Source of the DNA: an uncultured Gemmataceae bacterium
GTDB taxonomy: Bacteria > Planctomycetota > Planctomycetia > Gemmatales > Gemmataceae
Length of the DNA stretch: 40,000 nt
Assembly: GCA_963750165.1 (NCBI GenBank)
Contig: CAVVPN010000012.1
Location: forward strand, 1,277,436-1,317,435
Direction of reading: 5' to 3'
The notes under the pieces were generated by a model, which saw only the letters and a list, made by a program, of their open reading frames with translations, ran no database searches and was not told the origin of the DNA. How positions within the stretch are numbered: the stretch's first letter is position 1; the number at the start of each line of letters is the position of its first letter. The translations under genes and the position numbers were made by a program. This document shows positions 10,200 to 18,566 of this stretch, one piece after another.

Positions 10200-10637
10200 A
10201 TGAGACAATGCACCCCAGGCGCGAGACTGGTGGCGGGCTTGCTGGTGCTCGCCGTGCTGGCCGGGGCGAACGCCCAGGAAAAGACGACGCCGACCTTTGG
10301 CCGCCCGCAGATCGACGCCGTCACCGGGCCGGCGAAAGTCCTCGACAACGCCCGGGTGGTCAACTTCGACAAACTCATCTACCAGGGCAAGATCGATATC
10401 AACCCCACCCTGGGACGCATCCGCGCGGGCAAGGCCCTCAAGTACAAGAACGACGGCGCCATTTTCCTCAACCGTGAGGGCCGTGTGCCACGCCAGAAGG
10501 ATCGCGAGTATTACCGCGAGTTCGTCATGGAGATGAAGGGCGTACCACGGCCGGGACCGCTCCGCGTCGTCATCGGCAAGAAGGGTGAGGTCTACTTCAC
10601 CGGCGACCACTACCAATCCTTTACGCGAGTCCGCTGA
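10200..10637 (+). CDS. secreted guanyl-specific ribonuclease, barnase/RNase Sa (N1/T1) family
   Basis: GGAGG lies upstream of ATG 10200. The signal peptide is MRQCTPGARLVAGLLVLAVLAGANAQ. The catalytic-domain motifs are FLNREGRVP, YYREF, RPGPLRVVIG..GEVYFTGDHYQSFTRV. Confidence 0.8.
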   Translation: MRQCTPGARLVAGLLVLAVLAGANAQEKTTPTFGRPQIDAVTGPAKVLDNARVVNFDKLIYQGKIDINPTLGRIRAGKALKYKNDGAIFLNREGRVPRQKDREYYREFVMEMKGVPRPGPLRVVIGKKGEVYFTGDHYQSFTRVR

Positions 10638-11089
10638 TGTCCATTCCCCCTTTCGACACCCTGCTGGCCGAGTGCCGACAGTCGGACGGCCCCGCCGTTG
10701 TGCTGGCCGACGCTCTTTCGCCGCAAGAGGCGGATCGGCTGGCTGCCGACCTGGCCGCCCACCACATCCAGGCCCGCGTGATCGACGGCGCCCGGTTGGC
10801 CGGCAAGGCCGAACTCCTGCAGGCGCTGGCCGCCGCCTTCGACTTCCCGAGCTACTTTGGCCACAACTGGGACGCCCTCATTGATGTCTGGTCCGACCTG
10901 TCCTGGCTGCCGGCGCGCGGCTACGTGTGCGTGCTGCTGAACGCCGACGCCTTCGCTCACACCGACGCCGCCGCCCACAACACCCTGCTCAACCTGGCCG
11001 GGCACGTGGCCGACCGCTGGCACAGCGATGACGAACAGTTCGTGTTCAAGTTGGTTCGGGGCGCCGACTCCACCCCGACAGCGGGTTGA
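10637..11089 (+). CDS. barstar-family ribonuclease inhibitor
   Basis: The ATG overlaps the RNase stop (TGATG at 10635-10639). It carries the barstar hallmark AELLQALAAAFDFPSYFGHNWDALIDVWSDLSWL. Confidence 0.8.
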   Translation: MSIPPFDTLLAECRQSDGPAVVLADALSPQEADRLAADLAAHHIQARVIDGARLAGKAELLQALAAAFDFPSYFGHNWDALIDVWSDLSWLPARGYVCVLLNADAFAHTDAAAHNTLLNLAGHVADRWHSDDEQFVFKLVRGADSTPTAG

Positions 11090-11117
11090 CCGTGTGCCCA
11101 CTGGGGAGGGTGAACGG

Positions 11118-11630
11118 ATGGACCCGCTGGCCGGCAACCCATTCGCGGTGCTGACGTTCATCGTCGCGCCGGCGGTCCTGACCAACGCCTCGTCCGTCAT
11201 GGGTCTTCAGACCGCCAACCGCTTCGCCCGCGCCATCGATCGCGCCCGCAGCCTGGAGGCCCAGCTCCGGGGCAAGAGCCCCCGCGAGCACGAATCACGT
11301 CTGCGTATGCTTCAGCTGGACTTCGCCGTGCGGCGGGCGCGGCTGCTGGTCCACGCCCTGACCGCCTTTTACCTTTCCGTCGGCGCCTTCGCCGGCGCCA
11401 GTTTCGCGTCGCTGCTGGGAACCGTTTTCGTCGCCACGCACCTGGATGTCCCGCTCGCCGCCACACTGGTGGTGGCGCTGGGGTGCGGTGTTGCCGGTGT
11501 CGGCGGCGTGCTCACCGGCTCGGGCATCCTCGTCTGGGAGACGCGCCTGACCCTGCGCATCCTCCAGGCGGAGACGGAGTTATTGCGGCGGTCGCTGCCA
11601 AAAGGGCCAGAGGAGGTCGCTGGTCTGTGA
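11118..11630 (+). CDS. DUF2721-like membrane protein
   Basis: ATG 11118 follows GGGGAGGG. The sequence runs NPFAVLTFIVAPAVLTNASSVM...ANRFARAIDRARSL...RRARLLVHALTAFYLSVGAF, followed by two more hydrophobic helices. The family assignment is from memory of the motif pattern. Confidence 0.5.
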   Translation: MDPLAGNPFAVLTFIVAPAVLTNASSVMGLQTANRFARAIDRARSLEAQLRGKSPREHESRLRMLQLDFAVRRARLLVHALTAFYLSVGAFAGASFASLLGTVFVATHLDVPLAATLVVALGCGVAGVGGVLTGSGILVWETRLTLRILQAETELLRRSLPKGPEEVAGL

Positions 11631-11709
11631 TCGTGTTTGCCCCGGGGGCCGCCGCGTGCTACGGTTGCGCTGTCGAGCGCGCCCCCTACGCACGGAGACG
11701 GAAAAGACC

Positions 11710-12228
11710 ATGGCCTCCCCAACCCTGGCAAACGCCGGCCTGCTGGCGTGGTGGAGTTTGTTTTTGATCGGGCCGGCCGCGATCGGCTTGCTGGTCGCGT
11801 GTGCCGTCGGCCTGCTGCTGCTGCGCCGGCGGCCCGAGCCGATAGCGCCGCCAGCCCCCGCCAGCCCCGGTGCGGCTCCGCCCGACTTACCCCACGACCC
11901 CTTTGAAAAGGGCAGCCGCACCGAGCAGCGCCGCGGCGTCCGCCGCGATGGCAGCCCGATCGAGGTGCGGGTCGCTACCTGCGAGGCCGGCAAGGACCGG
12001 CCGCTGCGCGGCTGGGTGCTGGACCGCTCCGTCGGCGGCGTGTGTCTGGAATCGCCCACCGCCTTCCCCGAGGGCACGCGCCTGAACCTGCTGCCGACCC
12101 ACGCCCCCCAGATGACACCCTGGACCGAGGTGGAGGTGCGCTCCTGTCGGCAGAAGAAGGACGGCTACGAGGTCGGTTGCCAGTTCGTCAAGACGCCGCC
12201 GTGGGCCATCCTGCTCCTTTTCGGTTGA
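11710..12228 (+). CDS. membrane-anchored PilZ domain protein (putative c-di-GMP receptor)
   Basis: I prefer the start at ATG 11710 (MASPTLANAGLLAWWSLFLIGPAAIGLLVACAVGLLLL, a TM helix). PilZ motifs are QRRGVRR (RxxxR) and DRSVGGVCL (DxSxxG). Confidence 0.6.
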   Translation: MASPTLANAGLLAWWSLFLIGPAAIGLLVACAVGLLLLRRRPEPIAPPAPASPGAAPPDLPHDPFEKGSRTEQRRGVRRDGSPIEVRVATCEAGKDRPLRGWVLDRSVGGVCLESPTAFPEGTRLNLLPTHAPQMTPWTEVEVRSCRQKKDGYEVGCQFVKTPPWAILLLFG

Positions 12229-12238
12229 AGACTCGTGG

Positions 12239-12257
12239 GACAGGCTGGAAGCCTGTC
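12239..12257. terminator. short hairpin between convergent genes (possible bidirectional terminator)
   Basis: gacaggct-gga-agcctgtc forms an 8-bp stem sitting between the PilZ stop and the response-regulator stop. There is no clear U-tract. Confidence 0.3.
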
Positions 12258-12882
12258 AACCTTCCGGCGGCGGCAGTGCGTCCAGTTTCTCCAGCTCCGG
12301 CCGCACCACCTTGTCAAAGCACTCCGGGCAGATGCCGTGCGAGAAGCGCGTGTCCGAGTGGGCGCTGATGTACGTCTCCACCTGCTGCCAGTAATTCTTG
12401 TCGTCGCGGATTTTTTTGCAGTAGCAGCAGATCGGCAACAGCCCCTGCAGTTGCTTGATGCGGCCGAGGGCCTCTTCCAGCTCGCGGACGCGCTCGGCCA
12501 GGCGGTGCTGCAACTCCACGTGCCGCTGGCCCACGATCAGCCGCGCCCGCAGTTCCTCGCGGTTGAACGGCTTGGTCAGGTAGTCGTTGGCGCCGCCCTC
12601 CAGACCGGCCACCAGGTCTTCCTTCGCGTCCCGGGCGGTCAGCACGATCACGTACACAGGGGTGCTGCTCGGCAGGGCCCGCAGTCGCCGGCAGACGTCG
12701 ATGCCCTCCAGGCCCGGCATGATCCAGTCGAGGATGGCCATTGGCGGTGCGCCCGGGCCAGACAGCACCGTCAGGGCCGTGATGCCGTCCTGGACGGCTT
12801 CCGTCTCGTACCCCCAGCCGGCCAGCGTCGCCAGCAACACACGGCGGTAAATGGGGTCGTCCTCGGCGATCAGCACTTTCAT
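12256..12882 (-). CDS. response regulator: receiver domain plus C-terminal Cys/His-rich LPICxxCKKIRDD...FSHGICPxC module
   Basis: The receiver domain reads MKVLIAEDDP...ILDWIMPGLEGIDVCRRL...VIVLTARD...DYLTKPF. A coiled linker follows, then LLPICCYCKKIRDDKNYWQQVETYISAHSDTRFSHGICPECF. Confidence 0.85.
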   Translation of the reverse strand: MKVLIAEDDPIYRRVLLATLAGWGYETEAVQDGITALTVLSGPGAPPMAILDWIMPGLEGIDVCRRLRALPSSTPVYVIVLTARDAKEDLVAGLEGGANDYLTKPFNREELRARLIVGQRHVELQHRLAERVRELEEALGRIKQLQGLLPICCYCKKIRDDKNYWQQVETYISAHSDTRFSHGICPECFDKVVRPELEKLDALPPPEG

Positions 12883-13673
12883 GGGCTCAGTTCCTCCGCG
12901 AAGGTTCGCAGGTGGGCGCGCAGGGTTTGCAGTTGCTGCTCCAGGGCAGGCAGTTCAGCGACGGCCCGATCCGGCTCAGGACCGGCGGCCAGGCGGTGCA
13001 GCCGGGCCAGCGCTGCCGCTGCGGGGCCCGCACCAAAGAATAGCACCTGGCCCTTGAGGCTGTGGCAGGCCCGCCGCACGCGGTCGGTGTCCCCCTGGGC
13101 CAGGCCGGCGCGCACCTGACCCAGCAATTCGACGCTGTCCACCTGAAATAGTTCGACGACCTCGAGCAGCAGTGCCGGGTCGTCGCCGACGCGCCCCAGT
13201 GTCGCGGCACGGTCGAACTCGGCTGCGGCAGTCGGCAGACTAAACCGGGCGTGCAGATGCACAACCCCCGCGTCGTCCGCCCAGACGCGTCCGCCCAGGG
13301 GCTCCGCCAGCAGTGCCGCCTCCCACTGCGCCGCCGCGGTCGCGGCACGGACGCTGAAGTGCAGCCAGACCCCGTCCGCCGCCGCCGCCTCGCGCTCGAC
13401 GCACACCGTCCCACCACCGGGCTCACCGGGGGCACTCCCGACCAGGCCGGCGAGGGTCTGCAGAAGCTGGGACGGGTTGCCGAGCAGTCGGTCAGGCACG
13501 TCCGCCGCGACCGTGCAGGCCGGCAGCGGTGCGTGGTCCGGTAACAGTTCCGCCAGGCGGGCGCGGAGGTCGAACGCCACCGCGGTCGGTTCCGGCGGCG
13601 GCGCTTCAGGGAGGGCAGGGCCGGGCGGTTCGGGGGAGGTGCTCCCCGGGTTGGGGTCGGTGGGTGTGCTCAT
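12879..13673 (-). CDS. Hpt phosphotransfer protein with degenerate HATPase-like N-terminal region
   Basis: The stop overlaps the response-regulator start (ATGA, 12879-12882). The Hpt signature is RRACHSLKGQVLFFGA. The N-terminal half (VPDRLLGNPSQLLQTLAGLVGSA...GGTVCVERE...VWLHFSVRA) resembles a histidine-kinase ATPase domain that has lost the N-box Asn and the DxGxG box. Confidence 0.65.
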   Translation of the reverse strand: MSTPTDPNPGSTSPEPPGPALPEAPPPEPTAVAFDLRARLAELLPDHAPLPACTVAADVPDRLLGNPSQLLQTLAGLVGSAPGEPGGGTVCVEREAAAADGVWLHFSVRAATAAAQWEAALLAEPLGGRVWADDAGVVHLHARFSLPTAAAEFDRAATLGRVGDDPALLLEVVELFQVDSVELLGQVRAGLAQGDTDRVRRACHSLKGQVLFFGAGPAAAALARLHRLAAGPEPDRAVAELPALEQQLQTLRAHLRTFAEELSP

Positions 13674-14103
13674 GGCGACGCCTCAAGGGTGACTGCCTCA
13701 AAGGTGTCCCACTCGGCGAACCAGCGCGGCAAGGTCGAGGCAGGGTGGGCAAGGGCAGTTCTCTTTTGCTATCGTGACAGCCACGGCGGGCGGCCGCAAG
13801 AGCAGTCGGGCCAAATGCACCTTCGGCCTCTTCGGGGGAGGGAAAAGGGCAGGAGAAGTGTTACCCCAGGACAGCATCCGAACAGGGAACGGCCGGGGGC
13901 GTGAGTGCCTGTGGGTTGGCACGGCCGGGCGCTGGGTGGCGTGGGTTGTCAGATCAAGGACGCCAAGAACGCCAAGAACGCCAACTTTTTCACACGTCGA
14001 GATTCGGCGCCCTTGACCGGTGGCGCTGGCACGGCGGGACGTTGGGCGGCACTCTTGTATGGTCCGCTGCGTCCGTTTACCATCTCCCCTCCCGGTCGTC
14101 ATT

Positions 14104-15590
14104 TCACCCGCAGCCGAGCACCACCCGCAGCCCGCGGCCGTGGTAGCCATTCTCCCGCGGAAAATACACCTGCTGCAAGACCACCTCGCGCATCCCATTC
14201 CTGACAGCCAGGTCGCGCAGATAGGCCAGCGAGTGGGCGAAGTGCATCCACGGCGTCAGGCGGTAGTCCTCGGGGCCTTCGAGCAGATCGAGCGTGAAGG
14301 CAAAGCGGCCGCCGGGCCGCAGGGCGCGGCGCACAGCCGCGAACAACGGCGCCAGGTCGCCGAAGTAGAGCAGCACGTCGGAGGCCACGATGAGGTCAAA
14401 GCGGGCCTCGTAAACCTGTAACACGGTGAACAGATCGCCGCGGATCAGCTCGTCATACAGGCCGCGTGCCTCGGCCCGGGCGAGCATGTTGGCGGAAGCG
14501 TCCACGCCGACCAGGGTATGCGCCCACGAACGGAAGAGTTCGCCGCACAGGCCCGTGCCGCAGCCGAGGTCCAGGACGGCCAACTCCGCCCCCGCGGCGC
14601 CGGCCCAAGGGCGGCCTGCAGCAGCGCCGGGCTACGGTCGCCGCGCCAGCGCACTCGCTGGTCGAAGCGCTCGGCCAGCGCGTCGTACTCAGCGGCCAGG
14701 AAGTCGGCGGGCATCCGTGTCAACCGCGTGCCATTGGCGAGTGTCTCCGCCAGCAGCCGCGCCCGGGCGTCGCCCGGCCGCAGCTCCAGCACTTGCCGGA
14801 AACAGTTCAGGGCCTCGGCGTCCCTGCCCAGGCAGTAAAAAATGTCCCCCAGGGCGGTATGCAACCGGTAGTCGGACGGGTGCCGTGCCAGGCTGTCCCG
14901 GAGGCAGGCCAGCGCCTCGTCCCATTGCTGTAACGTGCTGTGAACATCGGCCAGGCCACACGCCGCCTTCACGTCCCCCGGCTGCGCCCGCAGAGCACGG
15001 CGGAAGCAGTCGGCCGCCTCGTCCGTCTGACCCTGAGACAGCAGGGCGTTGCCGAGGTTGGCCAGCGCGACGACGTGCTCCGGTTCCAGGGCCAGCGCCT
15101 GCCGGTAGCAGTGGATGGCGTCGTCCAGCTGGTGCTGTTGCAGGTGTGCCCAGCCCAGGTTGCTCCAGGCGGTGGCGTAGCGCGGGTTCAGCTCCAGGGC
15201 CCGGCGGTGCGCGGCCACGGCCTCGTTCCACTCGCAGCGCAGGGCGTGCGCGAGTCCCAGGTTGTTGTGGGCCTCGGCGAAATCAGGCTGCAGACGCAGC
15301 GCCTCCCGGTAGCAGGCCATTGCCTCGTCCAGCCGGCCCTCGACGGCGCTGGCCAGGCCGAGGTTGTAATGCACGACTGCGGTGTCGGGGCGTTCGCGCA
15401 GCAGCTGCCGATACAACGGCACGGCCTCCGCGACGCGGCCCTGCAATTGACAGACCACCGCCAGACGGTAGCGGGCGTTGGCGTTCCCTGGTTCGGCGTC
15501 GAGGACCTGGCGGTACATCGCCTCGGCCCGCCCCAGGTCGCCGGCCTGCTGATACCGCCAGGCCAGGGTCAGCGCTTCGTCAACGGTCAC
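14104..15590 (-). pseudogene. TPR-repeat SAM-dependent methyltransferase (COG4976-like fusion) split by one frame change; track ORFs 14445..15590 and 14104..14583
   Basis: GTG 15590 follows GAGGAGG. About 8 TPR units come first, then PADFLAAEYDALAERFDQRV...RSPALLQAALGPAPRG. The frame changes at the C5 run 14589-14593. It continues (AE)LAVLDLGCGTGLCGE...DLIVASDVLLYFGDL...LRPGGRFAF, which is a class I methyltransferase. Confidence 0.6.
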
Positions 15591-15757
15591 GGTTCCCCCT
15601 CCTCACGGCGAGGATACCCTGCGGCTGTTCCTGGAACGCTACCGGAACGGGAGTGGGGTCGGATGAAACAACTGGAACCGATGGCGTTCGATTACGCGCT
15701 TTGCCGCAAGCAGGTGGGCGAGTTGTGGTCCACGCGACTGGGAACCGCTCAAGAGCA

Positions 15758-16780
15758 TCAGCGCGCCGCGGCCGCCTCCGACGGGGCGCCGCGCAGCAGG
15801 GCGTCCAGCACCAGCCGGTTCTGTACCTTGTGAAACTCGCCGGCCCGGCCCACCTGCGTCGTCAGGAAGCCGACCTCGGCCACCTGCCACGGCGTCCCCT
15901 CGAACCACACTTCCTGCGCCTTGTGCGACCGCAGTTGCCAGCCGGCCGTCACGTCCGGCAGGTAGTCGCGCAGCAGCCAGGCCGCCAGCCCCAGCAGAGC
16001 CAGCGCCGCCAGGCCGATGAGCACGCCGGCGCCGGACAGCAGCACCGCCACGGCCAGAACGGTCGTGCCGCCCATGATGCCCAGGGAGGTGTAATGCGTG
16101 GCCTTCTTTTCTGCCGCGCCGAGGCCCTCGGCTGTCCCCACCTCGCGCACCCAGCGGGAGCCGAGGCCGCCGACAAACAGCGCGGCTCCGGCGGCCAGTA
16201 AGTGTTGCGTGAACTGCCACAGGCTCAGGGCGGCGCTGCGGGTCAGCGGCCAGTCAAAGGAGTCGGCGGCGATCAACAGCACGAGCAGCACGGCCAGGAC
16301 GTAAGCCCCCGCCGCCACCGCGCCCGCCAGGTTCCGGTGCGGCGCCGCGGCTGCCCCTGGCTTCGGCAGGGCCTGGAGACACTCCAGCAGTCGGTGCGAC
16401 AGCACGCTGCCGAGGCCCAGGGCGGTGACCAGCACCACCGCCACGCCCCAGGTCCGGCGCAGGGCCAGGCTCAGGGTAGCGGCCAGTTCGGCCTGGCCGT
16501 GCCGGTGCGCCAGCCACCACGCGGCCGCCACCCAGATGGTCAGGCGGACGAGGATGCCGGCGACCAACGTCGGGGTGAAGCCCCGATTCGCCTCAGGGCC
16601 GGTCTCGGCCCCCGGCGGCCGCAGGGCGGCATCGAACTCCCAGCCGCGCAGGGTCCGGGTCACCAGCACCCCGAGGAAGTGTCCGCCCAGGAGCGCGGCC
16701 ACAGCCACCCCGCCGTCCTTAAGCAGTGTTTGCGTTTCCGGGGAAATGTTTTGCCACCAGGTTGTCAGTTCTTCGAGCAC
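15758..16780 (-). CDS. polytopic membrane protein with MscS-like C-terminal beta domain (function uncertain)
   Basis: Frame of track ORF 15758..16885. The likely start is GTG 16780, 5 nt after GGAGG (GTG 16786 is also possible). There are about 8 hydrophobic helices. The C-terminus FEGTPWQVAEVGFLTTQVGRAGEFHKVQNRLVL resembles the mechanosensitive-channel beta domain. Confidence 0.55.
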   Translation of the reverse strand: MLEELTTWWQNISPETQTLLKDGGVAVAALLGGHFLGVLVTRTLRGWEFDAALRPPGAETGPEANRGFTPTLVAGILVRLTIWVAAAWWLAHRHGQAELAATLSLALRRTWGVAVVLVTALGLGSVLSHRLLECLQALPKPGAAAAPHRNLAGAVAAGAYVLAVLLVLLIAADSFDWPLTRSAALSLWQFTQHLLAAGAALFVGGLGSRWVREVGTAEGLGAAEKKATHYTSLGIMGGTTVLAVAVLLSGAGVLIGLAALALLGLAAWLLRDYLPDVTAGWQLRSHKAQEVWFEGTPWQVAEVGFLTTQVGRAGEFHKVQNRLVLDALLRGAPSEAAAAR

Positions 16781-17017
16781 GTCCACCTCCGCGCACGGTG
16801 TATGACGGGAATGCCAGGCTATTGGGTTTACGAGGGGGAAGCGAGATAGGGCAATCAAGGGTAGGCCACGGGGACAGGAAGTCAAATAGCCCGCGCATCA
16901 GTGGCTGACCGGCGGCCCAGGTTCGGGGAGCGGCCTGTCGGGGTTCAGGCCGGCCAGGTCCAGGCGCGGGCAGCGCGCAATGTTCATTCGCGCCCCAGCA
17001 ATTTTTTCCCATCATTT

Positions 17018-17046
17018 TTGCAACTTCGCCATTTGTAAACTATTCT
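17018..17046 (+). promoter_or_regulatory. sigma70-like promoter candidate for the kinase gene
   Basis: TTGCAA (17018-17023), a 17-nt spacer and TATTCT (17041-17046), inside the only AT-rich stretch of the 300-bp divergent intergenic region. Confidence 0.35.
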
Positions 17047-17180
17047 TCTTGAAAAGCTACACAGAACCCAGGGCAACTCCCTGAGTTCCGGCGAACGAAC
17101 CGAGACTCGTCACGGACGACCGTCGGCCGGGCCGTCACCGGTCGTCGTCCGCTCCCTTCCCCTTACGCCGGAGACCCGTC

Positions 17181-18566
17181 ATGCACTCGCAGCCTCTCGG
17201 CCCCCGCACGTCCTCACCGAAGCTGGTGAGGCCCGATGCGCCGGGCGACACCCCCAGCCGACCCCGTCCCGCCAGGGACGCCCTGCCAACAGTCGAGGGC
17301 CACGAACTGGTCGAGGTGATCGCCCGCGGCGGCATGGGCACCGTCTACCGTGCGCGCCGGCACGACAACGGCCAGGCCGTTGCCGTCAAGATTCTCGCGT
17401 CCGAGTACGTCACCAGTTCCGTGGCGCGCAGCCGCTTCGAGCAGGAGTTCCGAACGGCCTCCCGTCTCGATCACCCCAACATCGTTCGTGGCATCGACTG
17501 TGGCCAGTCCGAGACCGGCCCGTACTTCGTGATGGAGTTGGTGGACGGGGAGAGCCTCGGCGACCGCATCGCCCGCGAGGGGCCGCTGCCGCCGGCCGAG
17601 GCGCTGCGCCTGATCGTCCAGATCGCCGCGGCCCTGGAATACGCCCACAAGGAAGGGTTGATCCACCGCGATGTCAAGCCGGACAACATCCTGCTCACGC
17701 CGGATGGCCGGGCCCGGCTGACGGACTTCGGGCTGGTCAAGCACCAGGACGAGGATCTCGACCTGACGGTGCCAGGCCGCGGTCTGGGCACGCCGAACTT
17801 CGTCGCCCCGGAGCAGCTGGCAAACGCCAAGTCGGCCGACCGGCGCTGCGATGTCTACGGCCTGGGTGCCACCCTGTACGCCGCCGTCACCGGCCGCTGT
17901 CCGTTCGCGGCCCGCACCACCATCCAGGTTCTCAAGAAGAAGTCGCTGAACGAATTGATCCGGCCGCGCCAGCTGGCGCCGACCCTCAGCAGCCGCCTGG
18001 AAGAGGTCATCCTTCAGGCCATGCACCCCGACAGCGGCCAGCGCTACGGGTCGTGCGCCGAGTTTTTGCAGTGGTTGACCGACAGCCGGGTGCCGGAGGC
18101 CGCTGTGCCGTCGGCGACACCCCCAAGCCGTCCCATTCCCGTCGTCAGCCCGACAGCCCTGTCCGCGCCGACCCGGAGCACGGTCACGGACCGCCTCACT
18201 CCGCCGGTGGAGCCGATGCCTGACGAGCCTGCCGGCGGCGCCGCGTGGCGCTGGCTCCTCGGAGGCGCGATCGTGCTGGGCTTCGGCCTTGGCGCGCTGG
18301 CGGGTGCCTGCCAATGGGCCTGGCGGCGGGCGCATCAGCGCTACCGGTCAACGCGCGCGAAACGTAAACGGGGTCAACCGGCGGCCGCTCCCGGGCCTCC
18401 CAGCCACTGCTCCAGGATGGCCAGGTCGATGGGCTTGACCAAATGCTGGTCAAAGCCCGCTTCCTGGGAGCGGCGATGGTCCTCTTCCTGTCCCCAGCCC
18501 GTGACCGCGATAATCACCACGTCCTTGCCCCAGGGCTGTTCCCGCAGCCGGCGGCAGGTGTCGTAG
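17181..18566 (+). CDS. Ser/Thr protein kinase with C-terminal transmembrane segment
   Basis: Kinase motifs are GRGGMGTVYRA, AVKIL, HRDVKPDNILL, DFGL and APE. A Pro-rich linker and a TM helix (WRWLLGGAIVLGFGLGALAGA) follow. The last ~190 nt overlap the convergent kinase gene and may not all be translated. Confidence 0.85.
   Translation: MHSQPLGPRTSSPKLVRPDAPGDTPSRPRPARDALPTVEGHELVEVIARGGMGTVYRARRHDNGQAVAVKILASEYVTSSVARSRFEQEFRTASRLDHPNIVRGIDCGQSETGPYFVMELVDGESLGDRIAREGPLPPAEALRLIVQIAAALEYAHKEGLIHRDVKPDNILLTPDGRARLTDFGLVKHQDEDLDLTVPGRGLGTPNFVAPEQLANAKSADRRCDVYGLGATLYAAVTGRCPFAARTTIQVLKKKSLNELIRPRQLAPTLSSRLEEVILQAMHPDSGQRYGSCAEFLQWLTDSRVPEAAVPSATPPSRPIPVVSPTALSAPTRSTVTDRLTPPVEPMPDEPAGGAAWRWLLGGAIVLGFGLGALAGACQWAWRRAHQRYRSTRAKRKRGQPAAAPGPPSHCSRMARSMGLTKCWSKPASWERRWSSSCPQPVTAIITTSLPQGCSRSRRQVS

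Noticed and set aside
13961-13986. Tandem gccaagaac repeated about 2.5 times
   Set aside because: It is too short and has too few copies to call a meaningful microsatellite or binding array. It is noted only as a possible slippage site.
13674-14103. 430-bp gap between the methyltransferase and Hpt genes; considered as a possible ncRNA or riboswitch
   Set aside because: I looked for RNase P, SRP/4.5S, tmRNA, 6S-like and cobalamin-box signatures by eye and found none. ORF 13698..14198(-) has junk-like composition. The gap is most simply the promoter/leader of the Hpt-RR operon. A covariance-model scan would be needed to exclude an RNA.
14426-16201. 591-aa plus-strand ORF, extremely Pro/Arg/Ala-rich
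   Set aside because: It is antisense to the TPR-methyltransferase and the membrane-protein genes, which both have clear motifs. It is a GC artefact.
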